A stretch of DNA of 64,000 nucleotides from Patescibacteria group bacterium (GTDB lineage: Bacteria; Patescibacteriota; Microgenomatia; UBA8517), in the NCBI GenBank assembly GCA_018823885.1, contig JAHJHG010000001.1, positions 108,645-172,644 on the forward strand, in the 5' to 3' direction. The notes beneath the pieces were generated by a model that saw only the letters and a program-made list of their open reading frames with translations, was not told where the DNA came from and made no database searches. A program made the translations under genes and the position numbers. The stretch's first letter is position 1, and every line of letters starts with the position of its first letter. Shown piece after piece: positions 46,678-55,123 of this stretch.

Positions 46678-47972
46678 TCTTCTTCCTTTACGGGATTCAC
46701 CAGAAACCCAGCCAGATCTCGCCTACCGACAATAAGTGGCCTCTTAAGCTTGCTTCTATCTGCTACACCAGCTGAGGTTTTAATTTTTTTACCCTTTAAC
46801 CAAAAAGTGACATTAATAATTGGTCTTCTCTGTTGACCAATAGAACTCCAAACTGTTTTTTGCCAAAGAATGTTGCTCTCTTCAAGCAATCCCATATCCT
46901 GAGCCAATGTTTTGTCTATCGAGCTTCGCCATGCACCAGTATCAATCTTTGACGGAACAGTCAGTCTTTTGCCATCTTTGCCTTTTATTTTTACTTCCTC
47001 AAAAATGTTAAGTGTTCTTATCCCTTCCTCAGCTCTTACTCTATCCGCAAAGGGTCCGGCAAAAAGAGATTTGGCGATAAGAACACCATGGTCGGCATCT
47101 TTTACTTTTAGATCTTCTACTCTTTCCAATCTCTTCCGCAAACCTGCTTGATTAGCAATTTGGATTTGCAAACCGGGTAGAAAATTAATCTCCAAAATCA
47201 TTGGTCCTTTTTCCGGATGAAGGACAATATCGACCCCCAAGTACCCCAACTCCGCTGTCTCTTGGCACATAACGGCCATCTTTAATATCTTTGTCCAATT
47301 GGGTATTTTTATTCCATGAAGCTTGCGTTTTGTCCCAGGTTTATAGGGAATATAATCCCCTTTCCACAAAGCTTTTGTTGTGATCCCTGTGGTGATGTCG
47401 ATACCAACAGCGATTGCTCCTTGATGCAAATTTGCTCTTCCACCCGATTCCTTAGTGGGAAGTCTTAACATGGCCATAACTGGAACTTTATTAAAAACAA
47501 TAATACGAACATCAGGAGTCCCTCTAAAAGCATACTTCTTAAAAGATTTATGCCGACCTACGTATTCTTCAAAAAATGCCATATCCGGCACATTTTGCAT
47601 ACTATACGCTCCTTCTAAAATATCAAATATATGAAGTTTTAAATCCTCAATGGTGACTTTCGTTCTACTTGTTGTGATCCAACCATCTCCATCTTTAGAT
47701 TTTTTCTTGACAACTATTATTCCCTCTCCACCTAAACCTTTGTTAGGCTTTAATGCAAACGAAGGCGGTAGACTATCCCAATCAAAATCGATAAGGTCTC
47801 GGGGATCTTTAAATCTGGCATAAGTATCGGGGACAGGAATATCTACCTTTCTTAACATCCTTTTTGTCCGAAGTTTTGAGTTGGCAATCTTTTTACCATG
47901 CACCGGGTTGTATGGGTACGAAAATAGTTGACTTCTGGCGTTAAGCCCTAAAATTGATGAAGTTTTAACCAT
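46674..47972 (-). CDS. ATP-grasp enzyme (alpha-L-glutamate ligase-related subfamily) fused to a C-terminal retropepsin-like (DTGA, RimB/Zn_protease-like) domain
   Basis: N-terminal KPNKGLGGEGIIVV and SGGRANLHQGA motifs. C-terminal ...KIDTGAWRSSID... and ...IVGRRDLAGFLVNP... are typical of the clan-AA aspartic-protease-like domain that accompanies RimK systems. Confidence 0.6.
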   Translation of the reverse strand: MVKTSSILGLNARSQLFSYPYNPVHGKKIANSKLRTKRMLRKVDIPVPDTYARFKDPRDLIDFDWDSLPPSFALKPNKGLGGEGIIVVKKKSKDGDGWITTSRTKVTIEDLKLHIFDILEGAYSMQNVPDMAFFEEYVGRHKSFKKYAFRGTPDVRIIVFNKVPVMAMLRLPTKESGGRANLHQGAIAVGIDITTGITTKALWKGDYIPYKPGTKRKLHGIKIPNWTKILKMAVMCQETAELGYLGVDIVLHPEKGPMILEINFLPGLQIQIANQAGLRKRLERVEDLKVKDADHGVLIAKSLFAGPFADRVRAEEGIRTLNIFEEVKIKGKDGKRLTVPSKIDTGAWRSSIDKTLAQDMGLLEESNILWQKTVWSSIGQQRRPIINVTFWLKGKKIKTSAGVADRSKLKRPLIVGRRDLAGFLVNPVKEEE

Positions 47973-47978
47973 AGCTTG

Positions 47979-48875
47979 TTAGTCACTGATAAGTCTCCTG
48001 AAACGCCAAAGTTCTATAAATCTTAGGCCAACATACTTACCTACCAGGTAATCTATAGCGATAACTATTAATAACAATATTTCCGGATTAAGTAAGGCGA
48101 ATTCTTGCATTGGTTTTAGAGTTAAAAGAACATAGGAGGCGAGAGATAATATTAACGTTTCTGTAGCTAAATTAATGGCTGTCTTTGCGCTTTTACCTGC
48201 CTGGACTCTACTAAAGTCTTCTGCCAAAAGAACCAAAACAAGAACCGGGAAAATGGAGACATTAGTTAAATCAGGGTGCTGAATAATTGGGGTTGTAAAA
48301 AGCACGCCCAATACCCCGATGGCAACAAACCAAAGTAATAGTGCCATTTTAGGAAGATATTGGAGCTTAATCTTAAGTTTTCTCAAAGCCATTCTCGCTG
48401 CAGTGGAGATTGCCACAATCACTAAGAACAGAACTATTCCTACAATCGGCCCCGTAGCCACAAACACAATTGACAAAGCAGCTGGAAGAAAAATTCCAAA
48501 ACCTCGAATTCCAAGTAAATGCCTCGCCGATGCTATGGCTGCAGCCACCATGGGAAGCAATAATAATAAAACAATCGTATTCGGCGGCACTCCAGCCCCT
48601 ACGGCTCCCCTTATGGCATATTTTATTGGATTTGTTGGCCAAACAGGACCAAGCTCTTGCTCCTCTAAAAGCTTCTCAAGAGGACCAATGGTTTCTTCGG
48701 TAGGTTGGGTCAAATCGGGCCTAGGAGACGGACTAGGTTCAGCCTCAAGCCCTGCTGAAGGACTTGCTGTACCGATGGGAGAAAGGCCTTGAGCAAATAT
48801 ATTGGTCACCACGGCAAAGCTTAAAGCTGCCGCGGCCATAAAACTGATAAGAATACTTGCCTTGCGCATTGTCAT
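47979..48875 (-). CDS. polytopic membrane protein, possibly the 7TM partner of ATP-grasp/transglutaminase-type systems
   Basis: 298 aa. N-terminal signal plus Pro-rich spacer, then about 6–7 hydrophobic helices judged by eye. No soluble domain. Confidence 0.45.
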   Translation of the reverse strand: MTMRKASILISFMAAAALSFAVVTNIFAQGLSPIGTASPSAGLEAEPSPSPRPDLTQPTEETIGPLEKLLEEQELGPVWPTNPIKYAIRGAVGAGVPPNTIVLLLLLPMVAAAIASARHLLGIRGFGIFLPAALSIVFVATGPIVGIVLFLVIVAISTAARMALRKLKIKLQYLPKMALLLWFVAIGVLGVLFTTPIIQHPDLTNVSIFPVLVLVLLAEDFSRVQAGKSAKTAINLATETLILSLASYVLLTLKPMQEFALLNPEILLLIVIAIDYLVGKYVGLRFIELWRFRRLISD

Positions 48876-49015
48876 ATTATACCAGTGTAGAAGGGTTTTT
48901 CCCCTATTTGCAAGGGGGGAAAGAGCCTTGCCGTCACCAGGTTGTTTTCCTTAAAAATTGACAGCTCTAAATATATTGATTACGATATTCAATAACTCCC
49001 TAATTTATCATTTAG

Positions 49016-50320
49016 ATGTCCAAAAAGCATCCTTATAAAGAAATTGTTCTTCCTAATAAACTTCGAGTTCTTCTCTATCCCATGGATTCCGTTATGTCTG
49101 TTTATGCTGTTGTATATGTTCGAGTCGGAGCTATTTATGAGAAACAAAAGGAAAGAGGGATCTCGCATTTTACTGAGCACATGCCCTTCTTGGGCACAAA
49201 AGCGTTGCCCACCCCCCTTTCTCTTTCTCAAGCAGCCGACGAGATCGGAGCAAAATACAATGGAATAACAGGAAGATTTAAAACCGAATACTTGATTAAA
49301 TTACCCTATACAAATATAGGTAAGGGGGTAGATTTTCTTTATAATTTTGTATTTGAACCCCTAAATATAGGCAAAGATATTGAAAAAGAAAAAAACGTTA
49401 TTCTCTCTGAATATAATGATTTTTGGCATAATCCTGATAAAAAATTTAATCATGAATTTTGGAGAAAAAGATTTAAACAAAAAGAGCATCCTTACAGCTA
49501 TCGTGCCCTCGGAATACCCAGAACAATTAAGGCTTTTGAAAAAAATGACATTCTTCACTGGAGAGAACAGTACTATAACCCTGCTAATATGATTCTCTCA
49601 ATTGCTGGAAATATAAACGAGAAACAGTTGATTGAAAAACTCAAAACCACTTTTGGCAAAGAAAAAGCAGGAACAAAGAGAAAAGAACCAAAGTTTGGTT
49701 CAAATGATTATTCTAACTTTTCTGTCTTTCTACAAAATGAGCCTAGGCCGCAAATTAGATTTTTCGTAACATTTCCCGCTTTCGGCTACAAACAAGTATC
49801 TCGACAAAAAGAATTGCAATTAGAATTATTAAAAGACATTCTTGGAGGAAGTCCCTCTTCCCGCTTATATCATCGACTAAGAAGAAAAGAAAGATTTGTA
49901 TATAGTGCTGGATGTAATATGAATATCTATCCTTGGATGGGTGCTTTTTATGTTTGGGGTTCCGTGCCAGCAGAAAAGCTCCTTCCTACTATGAAGTCTA
50001 CTAAGCAAGAAATAGACAAAGTATTAAAAACTGGTGTTACTGAAAAAGAGATAAATCTGTCTAGAAAATACATGGCGGCAGCAAGATTAATGCACTTCGA
50101 TAGCCCCGAATCTGTCGCTTACTATTTCGCTAATCAGGTTTTCGATGAAGACAAAATATGGTTTCCTGAAAGGTATATTAAAGAAGCAGAAAAGGTCACC
50201 AAGGAGGAATTGAATAATTTAGCAAAAAAGATTTTTGACTATTCAAAAGTAAATATCTCACTCCTCGGAAATGTTCCAGATAAAACTTTGAAAGCGGTTG
50301 AGGAAATTTTCAAAGTGTAA
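49016..50320 (+). CDS. M16-family (pitrilysin/insulinase-like) zinc peptidase
   Basis: Inverted zinc motif HFTEH (HxxEH) near the N-terminus, 434 aa. Promoter-like TTGACA-17-TACGAT upstream. Confidence 0.75.
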   Translation: MSKKHPYKEIVLPNKLRVLLYPMDSVMSVYAVVYVRVGAIYEKQKERGISHFTEHMPFLGTKALPTPLSLSQAADEIGAKYNGITGRFKTEYLIKLPYTNIGKGVDFLYNFVFEPLNIGKDIEKEKNVILSEYNDFWHNPDKKFNHEFWRKRFKQKEHPYSYRALGIPRTIKAFEKNDILHWREQYYNPANMILSIAGNINEKQLIEKLKTTFGKEKAGTKRKEPKFGSNDYSNFSVFLQNEPRPQIRFFVTFPAFGYKQVSRQKELQLELLKDILGGSPSSRLYHRLRRKERFVYSAGCNMNIYPWMGAFYVWGSVPAEKLLPTMKSTKQEIDKVLKTGVTEKEINLSRKYMAAARLMHFDSPESVAYYFANQVFDEDKIWFPERYIKEAEKVTKEELNNLAKKIFDYSKVNISLLGNVPDKTLKAVEEIFKV

Positions 50321-50378
50321 TTTTATGGAGCCACTTCTTTCCAATTTAGTCTTTTGAAGGTAAAGTCTCTTGGGAAGG
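50321..50378 (+). repeat. copy A of a ~55-nt direct repeat (TTTTATGGAGCCACTTCTTTCCAATTTAGTCTTTTGAAGGTAAAGTCTCTTGGGAAGG)
   Basis: Aligned by eye with the copies at 53163-53220 and 58609-58666, about 80-85% identity, same orientation. Starts right after the M16 peptidase stop codon. Confidence 0.7.
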
Positions 50379-50565
50379 TTAGCTTCTATGCTATAGATAT
50401 TTTCTCCAACCAGATTTACTTAAAATCTCTGGTATTGAACCTTTTCGGTTTTTTGGCCAATTATGAAGGGGTTGTTGAGCGGGATAACCTTTCTCTTCAG
50501 GGTTAGTAAAAACGGTTAGCGCTTCTTTAAAGGTCGAAAATTACCCCAACTGGTATACTTAGCCC

Positions 50566-51525
50566 ATGATAGGCAAAAACTACTTGGCGACAAAAAAGGA
50601 TTTGGAGGCGATAAACGAAGCTTTGCGCTTTGTGTGGCATCCAAAAATGAAGTTTGTCTTCCAAGAAAAATCAAAAATTGCTAATACGGCTGTAATCTCC
50701 TACGACAGCAAGTTTATATATATATGGACACAAAAAGAATTAAAGGGAATTGACAAAATGCAAAGTGGCCACCCCAAGTATTTGTTTTACAAAATACCTC
50801 ATGCCCTAGAACTCAAAGAGAGGTGGCAATATACATGGCATGCAGACTTGTGGAAAAACATGGAAAAATTCCTTCCTGATCAGATAAAAAGAGAGAATTT
50901 GTTTGATATACCAAGGATTGGTGGAGGATTACTCACACCCTTTGTTGAACTTCAGAAGAAGAGAGGGTTCAAATATAATCCATATGTTACTGGCGAATCG
51001 TATCTCGCCACCATCATACATGAGTTCGGACACAACTACTGGAACCAACACAAACTCTGGTGGTACTCAAACAAAGAAAAAAACATTGAGTATCTAACAG
51101 CTGCAAAAAACCTGTATCAAAAAGGGGGGGGAAATCCTAACATACCTTTGCATATACCAACAAAAAGCGAGGTCGGTGAACTATTCGCGTTTTGCACAGA
51201 ATACTATGCAAGCTCCATCTTTTGGCCAACCCATAGGCAAGCCCTTGACATTTTTGGTAAATATCGATTAAAGGAATTAATAAGGGAGGAAAAAGGGAAA
51301 AATCTAGATAAGCAAGATTCTGTCCTTGAGCCGTCAAAGAACTTACATGACTTTTCCCTTGTTTTCGGCAAAATCATATTCGAGTGCCACCCTAAAAAGT
51401 GGCCTAGTTTTCTAACAAGTCCTCCTTACTTAGGAAGTCATTATGGCCTTGGCGGTCCTGGAGGCGGTGATGGACGACTGGGATTACACGGCTGGGGAGG
51501 TTCCCCAGAAGGCAGGCATGACTGA
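50566..51525 (+). CDS. hypothetical HExxH zinc-metallopeptidase-like protein with a Gly-rich C-terminal tail
   Basis: IIHEFGHNYW motif. Extended -10 (TGGTATACT) 7 nt before the ATG suggests a leaderless start. The last 85 bp overlap a convergent small ORF. Confidence 0.5.
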   Translation: MIGKNYLATKKDLEAINEALRFVWHPKMKFVFQEKSKIANTAVISYDSKFIYIWTQKELKGIDKMQSGHPKYLFYKIPHALELKERWQYTWHADLWKNMEKFLPDQIKRENLFDIPRIGGGLLTPFVELQKKRGFKYNPYVTGESYLATIIHEFGHNYWNQHKLWWYSNKEKNIEYLTAAKNLYQKGGGNPNIPLHIPTKSEVGELFAFCTEYYASSIFWPTHRQALDIFGKYRLKELIREEKGKNLDKQDSVLEPSKNLHDFSLVFGKIIFECHPKKWPSFLTSPPYLGSHYGLGGPGGGDGRLGLHGWGGSPEGRHD

Positions 51526-51635
51526 GCAGCAACTTTATTAGTATCTAAAGTTACCAGTTCAATTGTAGGCTCCTTGGATATCTCGCCGTCAACTTCTCCC
51601 ACCTGCTTAGCAAACGATAGCATTTCTTTTTGCAT
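51441..51635 (-). CDS. small Pro/Cys-rich peptide (64 aa), a candidate RiPP precursor downstream of the radical-SAM/SPASM gene
   Basis: Strong SD (GAAAGGGGG) 8 nt upstream of an ATG. The track start is a GTG three codons earlier. The C-terminus CLPSGEPPQPCNPSRPSPPPGPPRP is core-like. It is antisense to the Gly-rich tail of the HExxH ORF, so the coding strand is ambiguous. Confidence 0.35.
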   Translation of the reverse strand: MQKEMLSFAKQVGEVDGEISKEPTIELVTLDTNKVAAQSCLPSGEPPQPCNPSRPSPPPGPPRP

Positions 51636-51674
51636 TGTTTTCACCCCCTTTCTTCAAATTTGTCTTATTACTTA

Positions 51675-53108
51675 TTAATATTCTATTGGATGTGCGACTT
51701 CAACTCCTTGAGTTGCCACTACTTTTTTTATAAACGGCTCTAAGGTTTCATCATAATAAGGCTTTCCCTCTCCGTTTAATCTCCAGGCCCCCTTTGCCCA
51801 CTCACCTCTATATGGATTGTATGTACATCTGGGATAAGGAGCAGAAAAATATTCACCCTGATTCTGATTAGCTCCTTCCGCAAGGGGTCGACAATCAAAA
51901 CAAGCATATCTATACTCACAGTCCTGACAAACCAATACATTATCTTTTGTATTTCTCCAAACAGTTTCGAGTTTTTGCCCTAAAACTATTTCTCTAAGAG
52001 CCACTTCCAAAGCATTACCGACTATTAAGTCTCTCGAAAAAATACATGGCAATACATTTCCATTATCAGTAATAGTTATTTTGCCTTGTAGACATGAATG
52101 TCCAGAAGTATTTCTAGAGAAAATATCTTTTGAGATTGTAAAATTTGGTGACATCATAAGGCTATATTTCACGATAGATTTCTTAGTTGGCATTATCGAT
52201 GGATTGTCTCCTCTTCCTTTTGGTCTCAAAACGTCTGGTTGCTTATGGGAAAACCCCATTTCTTCTACAAGTTCCTGAGTTTGCTTGATTGTCTGTTCAT
52301 TTGGACTCATTAATACCGTCTCAACTCTTACGGGCACACCAACTTCTTTTAGAAATTTTAAAGCTTCTATTGTTTTTCTGAAACTACCTGGGGTTTTTGT
52401 AATTGAATCATGTAGTTTTTCATCATTTGAATAAAGCGAAGTGGCAACATTTATACCAAGTGCTTTAATTCTTTGAATTTTTTTTGGCGTAAGCATTGTT
52501 GCATTCGTAAAAATTTCAATATATTCATATCCAACATTTTTAGAATATTCTGCAAGATCAAAAACTGTTTCTCCATTTTCTCCCTTATATAGAAGTGGCT
52601 CGCCACCAATAAACTGACATCTTCTACATCCCAAATAGTAAGATTCATCAATAAACTCTTTCCATTTCTCAAAGGAAACCCCCTTATTGTTTTCGAAACT
52701 CTGTTTGGAATGCAAGTTTCTTTCTTTTGAGATACCCATTGCTTTTTGGTACGTGGGTGGCATACATTCCGCATAGCAGTGAATACAACTTTCGTTGCAA
52801 TCATTTGAAACAATCTCGAACCACACAAATTGAAGAGAGGGGCTTCGCATAAGTTCTTGCAACATACTTCTTCGATTGCTTTTTTCCTGGGTTACTAAAT
52901 CCATGGTTTCAAGCTTTTTCCAAAACCCTAAATTTTTAGTTACACCAATCAAAATGTCGCAAGCCGAGTGGTTTATTGAATAAATTCTGGAGGAATTTAC
53001 ATCATAAATTGCTCCTCTTAGTACTCCAGGGACAAAGAAAACACCATCTTTAAATATATGCTCACCTGAGGATAAATGTTCTTTAATATCCAGGCCACGT
53101 TCTTTCAT
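51675..53108 (-). CDS. radical SAM enzyme with a C-terminal SPASM domain (peptide-maturase type)
   Basis: CNESCIHC (CxxxCxxC) cluster. The C-terminal Cys-rich region (...C.DCEYRYACFDC...C) is SPASM-like. The track start at 53186 is a TTG inside repeat B. The start was reassigned to the ATG at 53108, which is preceded by a perfect TTGACA-17-TATATT promoter at 53119-53147 on the minus strand. Confidence 0.8.
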   Translation of the reverse strand: MKERGLDIKEHLSSGEHIFKDGVFFVPGVLRGAIYDVNSSRIYSINHSACDILIGVTKNLGFWKKLETMDLVTQEKSNRRSMLQELMRSPSLQFVWFEIVSNDCNESCIHCYAECMPPTYQKAMGISKERNLHSKQSFENNKGVSFEKWKEFIDESYYLGCRRCQFIGGEPLLYKGENGETVFDLAEYSKNVGYEYIEIFTNATMLTPKKIQRIKALGINVATSLYSNDEKLHDSITKTPGSFRKTIEALKFLKEVGVPVRVETVLMSPNEQTIKQTQELVEEMGFSHKQPDVLRPKGRGDNPSIMPTKKSIVKYSLMMSPNFTISKDIFSRNTSGHSCLQGKITITDNGNVLPCIFSRDLIVGNALEVALREIVLGQKLETVWRNTKDNVLVCQDCEYRYACFDCRPLAEGANQNQGEYFSAPYPRCTYNPYRGEWAKGAWRLNGEGKPYYDETLEPFIKKVVATQGVEVAHPIEY

Positions 53109-53162
53109 GTTTGCACAGAATATAGGATAAAAACATAAAATTGTCAAATAATGAACACGCGC

Positions 53163-53220
53163 TTCTACGGAGCCACTTCTTTCCAATTTAGCCTCTTGAA
53201 GGTAAGATCTCTGGAGGAAG
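53163..53220 (+). repeat. copy B of the ~55-nt direct repeat
   Basis: CTACGGAGCCACTTCTTTCCAATTTAGCCTCTTGAAGGTAAGATCTCTGGAGGAAG. Lies between the rSAM promoter and the NUDIX gene stop. Confidence 0.7.
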
Positions 53221-53295
53221 AAAGGAAGGGGATATTGGATTTTTCCAGAAAGTGGTTATATACGAAGGTGTTCTTGATCCTTGTAAAAAATGCTT

Positions 53296-53757
53296 TTACT
53301 CTATCTCTTTAATGTATTCCCCCTCTTTAGGAAATCCGTTATTGAAATCTACCAATAACTTCGGAGACAATGTTTTTGGTAATAGATTGTCTGATAAATT
53401 ATCAATATCAAGCCAAGTCAACCAAACTGATCCGTCGGGGTGTTCCGGATCTTTTAAACCATCTAGTTTGTCAGTTTTGTTTATACTTCCCAAAATAAAT
53501 AATTCCACACTGTGTTCATTCTCATCAGGTCTAATAAAATCACGGATGTAGAGCATTTTCTGAAAATCAAACTTAACCTTATCTCCACATTCTTCCCTTA
53601 CTTCTCTTGCACAAGCATCCTCTACAGTTTCTCCATATTCCAAATGGCCTCCGATATAATGATAAAAATCACCCTTTTCTCTGTATTGAACAAGAACTTT
53701 CCTGTTATGGATTATTACCAACCTTACCCGAACGTTAATTATATTTTCAGTTTTCAT
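53296..53757 (-). CDS. NUDIX hydrolase
   Basis: Nudix box GGHLEYGETVEDACAREVREECG. Confidence 0.8.
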   Translation of the reverse strand: MKTENIINVRVRLVIIHNRKVLVQYREKGDFYHYIGGHLEYGETVEDACAREVREECGDKVKFDFQKMLYIRDFIRPDENEHSVELFILGSINKTDKLDGLKDPEHPDGSVWLTWLDIDNLSDNLLPKTLSPKLLVDFNNGFPKEGEYIKEIE

Positions 53758-53888
53758 TTATTTATAGTTATTATAAATCTTTTTGTGTTTGTTTTCATTC
53801 CTTTGAGTGCATCGTATTTTTTATAAACCTTTCTAATATCTTAAAGTTTTTTTATAATGTCTCTTTTGGAATGTTATAAATGTAAAAA

Positions 53889-55118
53889 TTAGTTAAATTC
53901 TAATCCCAACTCTCTCGCTTGTTTCAAATTAAAGTTTAATCTCTTAACCCATCTTTTAGAGGGACTAGAAAAAACACGTGTCGATTTAAAAATATTTGCC
54001 AACTTATATGAGTAGTTCTTATTCAAGAATTTCCCCTTTGCTGTATCAAAGCCGCATATTGCAATATTTTCTCTTAATTTTGAATTTGTCATAACCAACT
54101 CAATTTTACTAGCTAAATCTTCATAGTTTCCATGAGTATACAAAAAGCCATTTTTCTCATGTTTTATTATTTCCGAAACTCCGCCGCCATCGGCAGCAAT
54201 AACAGGTTTTTTGAATAACATCCCTTCTAAAATCGTTCTTCCAAAAGCTTCATTTTTTGAGCAAACAAGAACAGCGTCACATTGTTGAAACAACGGATAG
54301 GGATTTTCAATAAAATCTCTAACCTGAAAGCGCCATTTTTTCCCACTCTGATCAATCAAATTATGAATTTTTTTCATGAAAACGTCGTCAGTACACCTAC
54401 CAAGGATTAGCAATTCAACATCCAGTTTTCTGACTAGTAATAACGATGTTGCTCTAATAATATCCAGCTGTCCTTTTTTTTTAGAAATTGTTCCCGCTAT
54501 TAATAACTTAAAAGCGTTGGGGTAATTAAATGTGACCGGTAATTTTTTTATAAAAAGCTTTCTGTTAATTCTAATTGAGTTATAAACTACAGTAGATTTT
54601 GATCTTAAAATGTACTTACCAAATTCCTTCATTACAGCTTTAGAGTTAAATATAACCCTAGATGAAAAGTCATTAATAAATTTAGCAGTGAAAGCAAAGC
54701 CAAACTCGAATATAAAACCATGATCCTTCTCGCCTAATTCTCTAACATACCATATGTGAGGAACCCTTAACATATTGGCTACCAGTGCTCCTATGCAAAT
54801 CGTACTGGTGTTTGTTACCACCAAATCGGGGTGAAATTTCTCAATTTTGTTTTTCAGTCTCTTCGCACTATCTAAATGAGTATAAAAAAAGGTATTTACT
54901 GGTCTCCTGCTTTCTCCTCTGCGCACAGTCCACCACTTATATGGATGAATAATCCAATTTATTCTTGCTCTTGTAAGTTTGACGCCAAGTGCCCCATCAG
55001 ACGGAAGAACTACGCACAATCGCATCTTGGGAATTTTTTTTAGTGTTTCAAGCAAATAAAGCAAAGAACGCTCTGCACCTCCTAAATTGCTACTATGCGA
55101 AATAAAACAAATTTTCAT
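53889..55118 (-). CDS. glycosyltransferase family 4 (GT-B, GT1-type)
   Basis: MKICFISHSSNLGGAERSLL N-terminus. C-terminal E..G..ILE.M....PVIA motif region. Confidence 0.8.
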   Translation of the reverse strand: MKICFISHSSNLGGAERSLLYLLETLKKIPKMRLCVVLPSDGALGVKLTRARINWIIHPYKWWTVRRGESRRPVNTFFYTHLDSAKRLKNKIEKFHPDLVVTNTSTICIGALVANMLRVPHIWYVRELGEKDHGFIFEFGFAFTAKFINDFSSRVIFNSKAVMKEFGKYILRSKSTVVYNSIRINRKLFIKKLPVTFNYPNAFKLLIAGTISKKKGQLDIIRATSLLLVRKLDVELLILGRCTDDVFMKKIHNLIDQSGKKWRFQVRDFIENPYPLFQQCDAVLVCSKNEAFGRTILEGMLFKKPVIAADGGGVSEIIKHEKNGFLYTHGNYEDLASKIELVMTNSKLRENIAICGFDTAKGKFLNKNYSYKLANIFKSTRVFSSPSKRWVKRLNFNLKQARELGLEFN

Positions 55119-55123
55119 GTAAT

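Noticed and set aside
48319-48792. 157-aa plus-strand ORF, and other 60-130-aa ORFs nested in or antisense to annotated genes (e.g. 267..617, 1168..1515, 14272..14586, 14695..15072, 15326..15718, 21294..21614, 26100..26572, 45108..45503, 59338..59613)
   Set aside because: All overlap longer ORFs that have recognisable domains, on the opposite strand or in another frame. No RBS or promoter features. Treated as spurious.
53109-53186. Track start of the radical-SAM ORF at 53186
   Set aside because: That start codon is a TTG lying inside repeat copy B. A downstream ATG (53108) has a perfect TTGACA-17-TATATT promoter in front, so the N-terminal 26 codons were discarded.
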